Below are positions 32,556 to 43,945 of a stretch of 64,000 nucleotides of DNA, one piece after another (position 1 is the stretch's first letter; every line of letters begins with the position of its first letter). The notes below the pieces were generated by a model. It had not been told where the DNA came from. It was given only the letters and a program-made list of their open reading frames with translations, and made no database searches. This stretch comes from Bugula neritina (taxonomy: Eukaryota > Animalia > Bryozoa): contig OZ037768.1 of assembly GCA_964035545.1 (NCBI GenBank), positions 15,421,875 to 15,485,874 of the forward strand, given 5' to 3'. A program made the translations under genes and the position numbers.

Positions 32556-34199
32556 AAGATACTGTAAGATACTGAAATATACTGAAACATACTGAAACAT
32601 GCTGCAACATACTGAAATATACCGGAACATACTGGACTAACCTGTGACACACTAAAAAATATTGCAACATACTGGAAGATACTGCAACATACTGAATTAT
32701 ACTGTGGCATACTGAACCATATTGCAGCATACTGAAATATACTCGAACATAGAGGAATAAACTGTGACACACTAAAATATATTGCAACATACTGAAAGAT
32801 ACTGCAACATACCAAAATATACTGTAACATACTGAAATACACTGTAACATACTGAACTACACTGCAACATACTGCAACATACTGCAACATACTGCAACAC
32901 ACTGAAATACACAGTAACATATTGAAATACGCTGCAACACAGTAAAATAAATTGCCACATACTGAATTATGCTGCAACACATTGAAATATACTGCAACAT
33001 ACTGAAATATGCTGTCGCATACTAAAATAGACTGCAACAAACTGAAGTATACCGTAAGGTACAGAAATTTACTGTAACATATTGACACATTTGGCAACAT
33101 ACTAAAATATACCGCAACAAACCGAAATATATGGTAACCTACTGAGATACAACGCAAACTATTAAAATATGCTGCAACATACTCAAAAAAACTGCAATTG
33201 TGCAACATAATGAAATATACTGCAAAAACACTGGTATATACTGCAACAACTTAAAAGATACTGTAAGGTACTAAAACATACCAAAACACGCTGAAACATG
33301 GGGCAACATATTTAAATATACCGAAATATACTGGAATAAACTCTGACACACTAAAATATATTGCAGTATACTGAAATATAATGCAACATACTGAATTACA
33401 CTGCAACATAGTGAAATATACTTCAACATACTGAAATATACTCTAACATACCAAAATCAATTGTAACACACTGTAATATATTCGTACACATTGAAATATA
33501 CTGTACCTACTTGTGCCCAGAAGTTCTGAAACCTGCCCAAAAGTGCTAGAACTTTAACAAGTGTACTCTACAGTGCCCATAAATGCTAAAACATGCCCAA
33601 AAGTGCTAAAATGAGCCAATTGTGCTAATAGTACCTATTAGTGCCCATAGGTTCTGAAACGTGCCCAATAATGCTAATAGTAGAACTAGTGTGCTTAACA
33701 GTGCAAAGATATGCTAAAACACGCCAAAATATGCTAAATTTAGCTAAATACACTAATAGCACCAATAAGCACCCAAAAACTCAGAAACTTGCCCAATAGT
33801 GCTAATAGTAGGACTAGTGTGCTTAACAGTGCCCAAATCCGCTAAAACATTCCCAAATGGGCTAAAACATGCCGGAATTTACTAAATTGAGCCAAATATG
33901 CAAATAGTAACAATAAGTGCCCAGAGGTTCTGAAACGTGCCCAATAGCACAAATAGTAGAACTACTACGCTCAACAGTGCTCAAATCTGCTTGAACATTC
34001 TTAAATGGGCAAAAACATGCCCAAATGTGCTAAATTTAGCCAAGTATGCTAATACTACCAATAAGTGCCCAGAAGTTCTGAATCGTGCCCAATAGTGCTA
34101 ATAGTAGAACTAGTGCGCTCAACAGTGCCCAAAGGTGCTAAAAGATTTCCCAATGTACTAAAACATGCCCAAATGTATTAAATTGAGCCAAATACACTA

Positions 34200-34954
34200 C
34201 ACAGGATAGTTAAGGGCATCCTCACTAAGAATATCATAAATTTCTCTCAAAATGTAGTTCAGGTTCTTGAGTAATATTGCTCTGCGGGTGGCATGCGTGT
34301 TGCCTACTTGCATTTGTTTAGCCTAAAATTAAACTACAGCCAATGAGCAGCAAGCTTCACTAGGGCTGCGTTATCTATCAACATTCCATTATGGGTGCTA
34401 CATAAACAAAGTACAAAGCGAGCTATTCATAATAGCCTGCCAGCTAGCAAGGCTGTAATTAGTATGTACGCGCCAATATCTTCTCATCCCTAAGTGCTCA
34501 TTGAAGCGTGAAGCACTGCGCGCTGCAAGTTTCTTATGAAAAAGTATGGCATTTTCAGTGTATAAATCACCAATTTATGGGCAATCTAGCAGAGTTATTG
34601 GAAAATGAAAAAAAGTTGCACTGGAGAAATATCTCAGGATTCTAGCAGTGCAATTTTTATTCAGATATCATCTTTTGCTGCTGAGATATTTTACTGGTAC
34701 TGAAAGGTCAGCTTTTCTGGCAAAATTGGCCAAAATTGGCCAGTTTCTTGTCTATAACTCTGCAAAAAAAATGAGAATTGAAATTTCCAAAAAAGTTGCA
34801 CTGAGGAAAAACAAGATCTACAACATAGTTTTTAAATTTTGACTTTAGCACAATTAGGTGAGATTTTATTTTACTGGTACTGAATTCTTATATGATTACA
34901 ATGCAAACCTCACAAGGCAGTTGCAGCTAAAAGGTTGCCCTTAACTATCCTGTG
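34200..34954 (+). mobile_element. MITE copy 3 (non-matching flanks)
   Basis: 755 bp with a perfect 19-bp TIR, CACAGGATAGTTAAGGGCA. The left flank is TA and the right flank TT, so there is no clean TSD. Confidence 0.93.
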
Positions 34955-35760
34955 TTCTTAAACTTGCCCAATATTGCTAATAGTAGGACTAGTGTGCTTA
35001 ACAGTGCCCAAATCTGCTAAATCATTTCCAATTGGGCTAAAACATGCCCAAATGAACTAAATTCTGTCATATATGCTAATAGTACCTATTAGTGCTCAGA
35101 GGTTCCGAAATATGCCCAATAGTGCTAAAAGTAGAACTAGTGTGCGTAACAGTGCCCGAATGTGCTAAAACATGCCCAAATGTGCTATAACATTACACAA
35201 TGTGCTAAATTGAGACAAATATACTAATAGCACCAATAAGCGCCCAGAGGTTCCGAAATGTGCCCGATAGTGCTAAAACTAGAACAAGTGTGCTCAATAG
35301 TGCCCAAATAAGCTAAAACATGCCCAAATGTTCTAAAACGAGCCAACTGTGCTAATAGTACATATTAGTGCCCAGAAGTTCTGAAACGTGCCCAATAGTG
35401 CTAATAGTAGGACTAGTGCGCTCAACAGTGCCCAAAGGTGCTAAAAGATTCCCCAATGTACTAAAACATGCCCAAATGTATTAAATTGAGCCAAATACAC
35501 TAATAACAACAATAAGCGCCCAGGGGTTCTTAAACTTCCTAAATAGTGCTAATAGTAGGACTAGTGTGCTTAACAGTGCCCAAATCTGCTAAATCATTCC
35601 CAAATGTCGTAAAACATGCCAAAATGTGCTAAATTGAGCCAAACATGCTAATAGTACCATTTAGTAGCCAGAAACTCGGAAACTTGCCAAATAGTGCTAA
35701 TAGTAGGACTGGTGTGCTTAACAGTGCCCAAATCTGCTAAATCATTCCCAAATGTCGTAA

Positions 35761-38700
35761 AACATGAACAAATGTGCTAAATTGAGCCAAATATACTAAT
35801 AGTACCAATAAGTGCCCAGAGGTTATAAAACGTGCCTAATAGTGCTGATAGTAGAACTAGTGTGCTTAACAGTGCCCAAATAAGCTTAAACAAGCCCAAA
35901 TGTGCTAAATTGAGCCAAATATGCTAATAGTACCAGTAAGTGCCCAGAAATTCTGAAACGTGCCCAATAGTGCTAATAGTAGAACTGGTGCGCTCAACAG
36001 TGCCCAAAGGTGCTGAAAGATTCCCAAGTGTACTAAAACATGCCCAAATGTATTGAATTAAGCCAAATACACTTATAGCACCAATAAGCGCCCAGAGGTT
36101 CTTAAACTTGCCCAATAGTGCTAATAGTAGAACTGGTGTGCTTAACAGTGCCCAAATGTGCTAAGGCATTCCCAAATGGGCTAAAACATGCCCGAAATGT
36201 GCTAAATTGAGCCAAACATGCTAATAGTACCTTTCAGTGCCCAGAAGTTCTGAAACGGGCCCAATAGTGCTAATAGTAGGCCTAGTCTGGTTAACAGTGC
36301 CCAACTTTGCTAAAACTTTCACAAATGTACTAAATTTAGCCAAATATGCTAATAGTACCAATAAGCGCCCAGAGTTCTTAAAACGTGCCAAATGGTGCTG
36401 ATAGTAGAACTAGTGTGCCTAACAGTGCCCAAATAAGCTTAAACAAGGCCAAATGTGCTAAATTGAGCCAAATATACTAATAGTACCAATAAGTGCCCAG
36501 AAGTTCTGATAGGGGCCCAATAGTGCCAAAACTAGAACAAGTGTGCTCAACAGTGCCAAAATGTGCTAAAACACGCCCAAATGTGCTGAAACATGCCCGA
36601 ATATACTGAATTTAGCCAAATGAGCTAATAGTGCCAATAAGTGCCCAGAGTTTCTGAAACGTGCCCAATAGCACTAATAGTAGAACTACTAGGCTCAACA
36701 GTGCCCAAATGTCCTAAAACATCACAGGATAGTTAAGGGCATCCTCACTAAGAATATCATAAATTTCTCTCAAAATGTAGTTCAGGTTCTTGAATAATAT
36801 TGCTCTGCGGGTGGCATGCGTGTTGCCTACTTGTAATTGTTTAGCCTAAGATCAAACTACAACCAATAAGCAGCAACCTTCGTTAGGGCTGCGAAATCTA
36901 TTAACATTCCATTATGGGTGTTACATAAACAAAGTACAAAGCGAGCTATTCATTATAGCCTGCCAGCTAGCTAGCCTGTAATTATTATGTAGGCGCCAAT
37001 ATCTTCTCATCCCTACGTGCTCAGTGAAGCGTGAAGTGCTGCGCGCTGCTAGTTTCTTATGAGAAAATATGGCATTTTCAGTGTATAAATCACCAACTTA
37101 TGAGCAATCTAGCAGAGCTATGGAAAAAAGAAAAAAACTTACACTGGAGAAATATCTCAGGATTCCAGCAGTGCAATTTTTATTCAGATATCATGCTTTG
37201 CTGCTGAGATATTTTACTGGTACTGAAAAGTCAGCTTTTCAGGCAAAATTGGTCAAAATTCGGCGGTTTTTTGTCTATAACTTCGCAAAAAAAATGAAAA
37301 TTGAAATTTCCAAAAAACTTACACTGGAGAAAAAGAAGATCTACAACATAGTTTTTAAATTTTGACTCTAGCACAATTAGGTGAGATTTTATTTTACTGG
37401 TACTGAATTCTTATATGATTACAAGGCAAACCTCAGCAAGGCAGTTGCAGCTAAAAGGTTGCCCTTAACTATCCTGTGATGCCAAAATGTGCTAAATTGA
37501 GCCGGACATGCTAATAGTACCAATAAGTGCCCAGAGGTTCTGAAACGTGCCCTGTGGTGCTGATAATAGAAATAGTGTGCTCAACAGTGCCCAAATGTCC
37601 CAAAATATGCCAAAATGTGCTGAATTGAGCCAAACATGCTAATAGTACCATTCAGTGGCCAGAAGTTCGGAAACTTGCCAAATAGTGCTAATAGTAGAAC
37701 TAGTGCGCTCAACAGTGCCCAAAGGTGCTAAAAGATTCCCCAATGTACTAAAACATGCCCAAATGTATTAAATTGAGCCAAATACACTAATAGCAACAAT
37801 AAGCGCCCAGGGGTTCCTAAACTTCCTAAATAGTGCTAATAGTAGGACTAGTGTGCTTAACAGTGCCCAAATCTGCTAAATCATTCCCAAATGTCGTAAA
37901 ACATGCCAAAATGTGCTAAATTGAGCCAAACATGCTAATAGTACCATTTAGTAGCCAGAAACTCGGAAACTTGCCAAATAGTGCTAATAGTAGGATTAGT
38001 GTGCTTAACAGCGCCCAAACTTGCTAAAACATTCGCAAATGGGTGAAAACATGCCCAAATGTACTAAATAGAGCCAAATATGGTAATAGTACCAATAGGT
38101 GCCCAGAGGTTCTGAAACGTGCCCTATGGTGCTGATAGTAGAATTAGTGTGCTCAACAGTGCCCAAATGTCCCAAAACATGCCAAAATGTGCTGAATTGT
38201 GCCAAACATGCTAATAGTACCATTTAGTAGCCAGAAGTTCGGAAACTTGCCAAATAGTGCTAATAGTAGGATTAGTGTGCTTAACAGTGCCCAAATTTGC
38301 TAAAACATTTCCAAATGTACTAACTTGAGCCAAATATGCTAATAATACCTGTTAGTGCCCAGAAGTTCTGATCCGGGCCCAATAGTGCCAAAGCTAGAAC
38401 AAGTGTGCTCAACAGTGCCAAAACATGCTAAAACATGCCCAAATGTGTTAAAGGAGCCAATTCTGCTAATAGTACCTATTAGTGCCCAGAAGTTCTGAAA
38501 CGTGCCCAATAGTGCTAATAGTAGAACTAGTGTGCTCAACATTGCCCAAATGTGCTAAAACATGCCCAAATGTGCTATAACATGCCGAAATGTGCTATAA
38601 CATGACCAAGTGTGCTAAATTGAGCCAAATATACAAATAGTACCAATAAGTGCCCAGAGGTTCTAAAACGTGCCCAATAGTGCTGATAGTAGGAATAGTG

Positions 38701-41700
38701 TGCCTAACAGCGCCCAAATGTGCTTCAACAAGCCCAAATGTTCTAAATTGGGCCTAATATAATAATCGCACGAATATGCGCCAAGGGTTTCTGAAACGTG
38801 CCCAATAGTGCTAATAGTAGAAATGGTGTGCTTAATAGTGCCCAAATGTGCTAAAACATTCCCAAATAGGCTAAGACATGCCGGAATTTACTAAATTGAG
38901 CCGAATATGCTAATAGCACCAATAAGTGCCCAGAGGTTCTGAAATGTGCACAATAGTGCTAATAGTAGAACTGGTGTGCTTAACAGTGCCCAAATGTGCT
39001 AAAACATTCCCAAATGTCCTAAAACATGCCAAAACGTGCTAAATTGAGCCAAACACGCTAATAGTACCTATTAGTGGCCAGAAGTTCTGAAACGTGCCGT
39101 ATAGTGCTAAAACTAGAACAAGTGTGCTCAACAGTGCCCAAATGCGCTAAAACATGCCCAAATGTGCTAAAACATGCCCGAATATACTGAATTCAGCCAA
39201 ATGAGCTAATAGTACCAATAAGTGCCCAGAGGTTCTGAAACGTGCCCAATAGCACTAATAGTAGAACTACTACGCTCAACAGTGCTCAAATCTGCTAAAA
39301 CATTCCCAAATGGGCAAAAACATGCCCAAATGTACTAGATATAGCCAAGTATGCTAATAGTACCAATAAGTGCCCAGAATTTCTGAAACGTGCCCAATAG
39401 TGCTTGAACTCGAACAAGTGTGCTCAACAGTGCCCACATGGGCTAAAACATGCCCAAATGTACTAAATTGAGCCAAATATGGTAATAGTACCAATAGGTG
39501 CCCAGAGGTTCTGAAACGTCCCCTGTGGTGCTGATAGTAGAATTAGTGTGCTCAACAGTGCCCAAACGTCCCAAAATATGCCAAAATGTGCTAAATTGAG
39601 CCAAAAATGCTAATAGTACCTTTTAGTGCCCAGAAGTTCTGAAACGGGCCCAATAGTGCTAATAGTAGGCCTGATGTGGTTAACAGTGCCTAACTTTGCT
39701 AAAACTTTCCCAAATGTACTAAGTTTAGCCAAATATGCTAATAGTACCAATAAGCGCCCAGAGTTTCTAAAACGTGCCAAATGGTGCTGATAGTAGAACT
39801 AGTGTGCCTAACAGTGCCCAAATAAGCTTAAACAAGGCCAAATGTGCTAAATTGAGCCAAATAAACTAATAGTACCAATAAGTGCCCAGAAGTTCTGATA
39901 GGGGCCCAATAGTGCCAAAACTAGAACAAGTGTGTTCAACAGTGCCAAAATGTGCTAAAACACGCCCAAATGTGCTGAAACTTGCCCGATTATACTGAAT
40001 TTAGCCAAATGAGCTAATAGTGCCAATAAGTGCCCAGAGTTTCTGAAACGTTCCCAATAGTGCTAATAGTAGAACTGGTGTGCTTAACAGTGCTCAAATC
40101 TGCTAAAACATTCCCAAATGGGCCAAAACATGCCCAAATGTACTAAATTTAGCCAAATATGCTAATAGTACCAATAAGCACCCAGAGGCTCCGAACCATG
40201 CCCAATTGTGCTAATAGTTTAACTGGTGTGCTTAACAGTGCTCAAATCAGCTAAAACATTCCCAAATGGGCTAAAACATGCCTAAATGTACTAAATTTAG
40301 CAAAATCTGCTAGTAGTACCAATAAGTGCCCAGAAGTTCTGAAACGTGCCCTGTGGTGCTGATAGTAGAATTAGTGTGCTCAACAGTGCCCTAATGTCCC
40401 AAAATATGCCAAAATGTGCTGAATTGAGCCAAACATGCTAATAGTACCATTCAGTGGCCAGAAGTTCGGAAACTTGCCAAATAGTGCTAATAGTAGGACT
40501 AGTGTGCTTAACAGTGCCCAAATTTGCTAAAACATTCCCAAATGTACTAAATTGAGCCAAATATGCTAATAGTACCTATTAGTGCCCAGAAACTCTGATA
40601 CAGGCCCAATAGTGCCAAAACTAGAACAAGTGTGCTCAACAGTGCCAAATTGCACTAAAACATGCCCAAATGTGCTATAACATGCCCAAATGTGCTATAA
40701 CATGAACAAATGTGCTAAATTGAGCCAAATATACTAATAGTACCAATAAGTGCCCAGAGGTTATAAAACGTGCCTAATAGTGCTGATAGTAGAACTAGTG
40801 TGCTTAACAGTGCCCAAATAAGCTTAAACAAGCCCAAAGGTGCTAAATTGAGCCAAATATGCTAATAGTACCAGTAAGTGCCCAGAAATTCTGAAACGTG
40901 CCCAATAGTGCTAATAGTAGAACTGGTGCGCTCAACAGTGCCCAAAGGTGCTGAAAGATTCCCAAGTGTACTAAAACATGCCCAAATGTATTGAATTAAG
41001 CCAAATACACTTATAGCACCAATAAGCGCCCAGAGGTTCTTAAACTTGCCCAATAGTGCTAATAGTAGAACTGGTGTGCTTAACAGTGCCCAAATGTGCT
41101 AAGGCATTCCCAAATGGGCTAAAACATGCCCGAAATGTGCTAAATTGAGCCAAACATGCTAATAGTACCTTTCAGTGCCCAGAAGTTCTGAAACGGGCCC
41201 AATAGTGCTAATAGTAGGCCTAGTCTGGTTAACAGTGCCCAACTTTGCTAAAACTTTCCCAAATGTACTAAATTTAGCCAAATATGCTAATAGTACCAAT
41301 AAGCGCCCAGAGTTCTTAAAACGTGCCAAATGGTGCTGATAGTAGAACTAGTGTGCCTAACAGTGCCCAAATAAGCTTAAACAAGGCCAAATGTGCTAAA
41401 TTGAGCCAAATATACTAATAGTACCAATAAGTGCCCAGAAGTTCTGATAGGGGCCCAATAGTGCCAAAACTAGAACAAGTGTGCTCAACAGTGCCAAAAT
41501 GTGCTAAAACTCGCCCAAATGTGCTGAAACATGCCCGAATATACTGAATTTAGCCAATGAGCTAATAGTGCCAATAAGTGCCCAGAGTTTCTGAAACGTG
41601 CCCAATAGCGCTAATAGTAGAACTACTAGGCTCAACAGTGCCCAAACGTCCTAAAACATGCCAAAATGTGCTAAATTGAGCCGGACATGCTAATAGTACC

Positions 41701-41727
41701 AATAAGTGCCCAGAGGTTCTGAAACGT
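35761..41727. repeat. ~1-kb segmental duplicate pair within satellite B (35761-37548 including MITE copy 4, and 40699-41727)
   Basis: Near-identical sequence at offset +4938, including identical ORF-track entries 35924..36115 and 40862..41053. Only the first copy carries the MITE. Confidence 0.88.
36723..37478 (+). mobile_element. MITE copy 4
   Basis: 756 bp with a perfect 19-bp TIR. The AT target duplication is confirmed by the paralogous empty site CTAAAACATGCCAAAATGTG at 41651-41670. Confidence 0.95.
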
Positions 41728-43633
41728 TCCCAATAGTGCTAATAGTAGAACTGGTGTGCTCAACAGTGCTCAAATCTGCTGAAACATTCCCAAATGGGCC
41801 AAAACATGCCCAAATGTACTAAATTTAGCCAAATATGCTAATAGTACCAATAAGCGCCCAGAGGCTCCGAACCATGCCCAATTGTGCTAATAGTTTAACT
41901 GGTGTGCTTAACAGTGCTCAAATCGGCTAAAACATTATCAAATGGGCTAAACATGCCCAAATGTACTAAATGTAGCAAAACATGCTAGTATTACAAATAA
42001 GTGCCGCGAAATTCTGAAACGTGCCCGATAGTGCTAGAACTAGAACAAGTGTGCTCAACAGTGCCCAAATGGGCTAAAACATGCCCAAATGTACTAAATT
42101 GAGCCAAATATGGTAATAATGCCAATAGGTGCCCAGAGGTTTTGAAACGTGCCCTATGGTGCTGATAGTAGAATTAGTGTGCTCAACAGTGCCCAAATGT
42201 CCCAAAACACGCCTAAATGTGTTAAATTGAGCCATATATGCTAATAGTACCTATTAGTGCCCAAAAGTTCTGATACGGGCCCAATAGTGCCAAAGCTAGA
42301 ACAAATGTGCTCAACAGTGCCAAAACAGGCTAAAACATGCCTAAGTGTGGTACCTATTGGTGCCCAGAAGTTCTGAAACGTGCCCAATAGTGCTAATAGT
42401 AGAACTACTAGGCTCAACAGTGCCCAAATGTCCTAAAACATGCCAAAACGTGGTAAATTGAGCCGGACATGCTAATAGTACCAATAAGTGCCCAGAGGTT
42501 CTAAAACGTTCCCAATAGTGCTAATAGTAGAACTGGTGTGCTTAACAGTGCTCAAATCTGCTAAAACATTCCTAAATGGGCCAAAACATGCCCAAATGTA
42601 CTAAATGTAGCCAAATATGCTAATAGTACCAATAAGCGCCCAGAGGCTCCAAACCATGCCCAATTGTGCTAATAGTTTAACTGGTGTGCTAAACAGTGCT
42701 CAAATCAGCTAAAACATTCCCAAATGGGCTAAAACATGCCCAAATGTACTAAATTTAGCAAAATCTGCTAGTAGTACCAATAAGTGCCCAGAAGTTCTGA
42801 AACGTGCCCAATAGTGCTCGAACTCGAACAAGTGTGCTCAACAGTGCCCAAATGGGCTAAAACATGCCCAAATGTACTAAATTGAGCCAAATATGGTAAT
42901 AGTACCAATAGGTGCCCAGAGGTTCTGAAACGTGCCCTGTGGTGCTGATAGTAGAATTAGTGTGCTCAACAGTGCCCAAATGTCCCGAAATATGCCAAAA
43001 TGTGCTGAATTGAGCCAAACATGCTAATAGTACCATTCAGTGGCCAGAAGTTCGGAAACTTGCCAAATAGTGCTAATAGTAGGACTAGTGTGCTTAACAG
43101 TGCCCAAATTTGCTAAAACATTCCCAAATGTACTAAATTTAGCCAAATATGGTAATAGTACCAATAGGTGCCCAGAGGTTCTGAATTGTGCCCTATGGTG
43201 CTGATAGTAGAATTGGTGTGCTCAACAGTGCCCAGATGTCCCCAAACATGCCAAAATGTGCTGAATTGAGCCAAACATGCTAATAGTACCATTTAGTGGT
43301 CAGAAGTTCGGAAACTTGCCAAATAATGCTAATACTAGGATTAGTGTGCTTGACAGTGCCCAAGTTTGCTAAAACATTCCCAAATGTACTGAATTGAGCC
43401 ATATATGCTAATAGTACCTATAAGTGCCCAAAAAATCTGATACGGGCCCAATAGTGCCAAAGCTAGAACAAATATGCTCAACAGTGCCAAAACGGGCTAA
43501 AACACGCCTAAATGTGTTAAATGAGCCAAACATGCTAATAGTACCTTTTAGTGCCCAGAAGTTCTGAAACGAGCTCAATAGTGCTAATAGTAGGCCTAGT
43601 GTGGTTAACAGTGCCCAACTTTGCTAAAACTTT

Positions 43634-43945
43634 CCCAAATGTACTAAATTTAGCCAAATATGCTAATAGTACCAATAAGCGCCCAGAGGCTCCGAACCAT
43701 GCCCAATTGTGCTAATAGTTTAACTGGTGTGCTTAACAGTGCTCAAATCGGCTAAAACATTATCAAATGGGCTAAAACATGCCCAAATGTACTAAATTTA
43801 GCCAAATATGCTAATAGTACCAATAAGCGCCCAGAGGCTCCGAACCATGCCCAATTGTGCTAATAGTTTAACTGGTGTGCTTAACAGTGCTCAAATCGGC
43901 TAAAACATTATCAAATGGGCTAAAACATGCCCAAATGTACTAAAT
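43634..43945. repeat. Exact tandem duplication of one 148-bp satellite B monomer
   Basis: CCCAAATGTACTAAAT recurs at 43634, 43782 and 43930. The two intervening monomers are identical, including the rare variant ACATTATCAAATGG. Confidence 0.88.

Larger units (their letters stand above)
1..33503. repeat. Satellite A: 10-bp/20-bp tandem array, consensus (CAACATACTG AAATATACTG)n
   Basis: Continuous decamer periodicity, with alternating (C/T)AACATACTG and AAATA(T/C)ACTG units. It is interrupted only by two MITEs (27316-28073, 31833-32555) and continues off the left edge of the window. Confidence 0.98.

Noticed and set aside
10-33208. Numerous Cys/Tyr/Val-rich minus-strand ORFs (60-369 aa)
   Set aside because: They overlap in all three frames with the same periodic peptide, which is a direct consequence of a stop-free 20-bp satellite consensus. 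There is no gene structure.
1-33503. Telomeric repeat interpretation of the strand-asymmetric array
   Set aside because: There is no TTAGGG/TTAGG-like G-run unit, and the heterogeneity and HOR structure are those of a satellite rather than a telomerase product.
34200-34218. CACAG terminus as a V(D)J RSS or Transib/RAG transposon end
   Set aside because: The heptamer is CACAGGA rather than CACAGTG, there is no nonamer at 12/23 spacing, and the TSD is 2 bp rather than 5 bp.
32141-37365. ORFs of 64-98 aa inside MITE copies
   Set aside because: Their starts and lengths are not conserved between copies and they contain no transposase motif.
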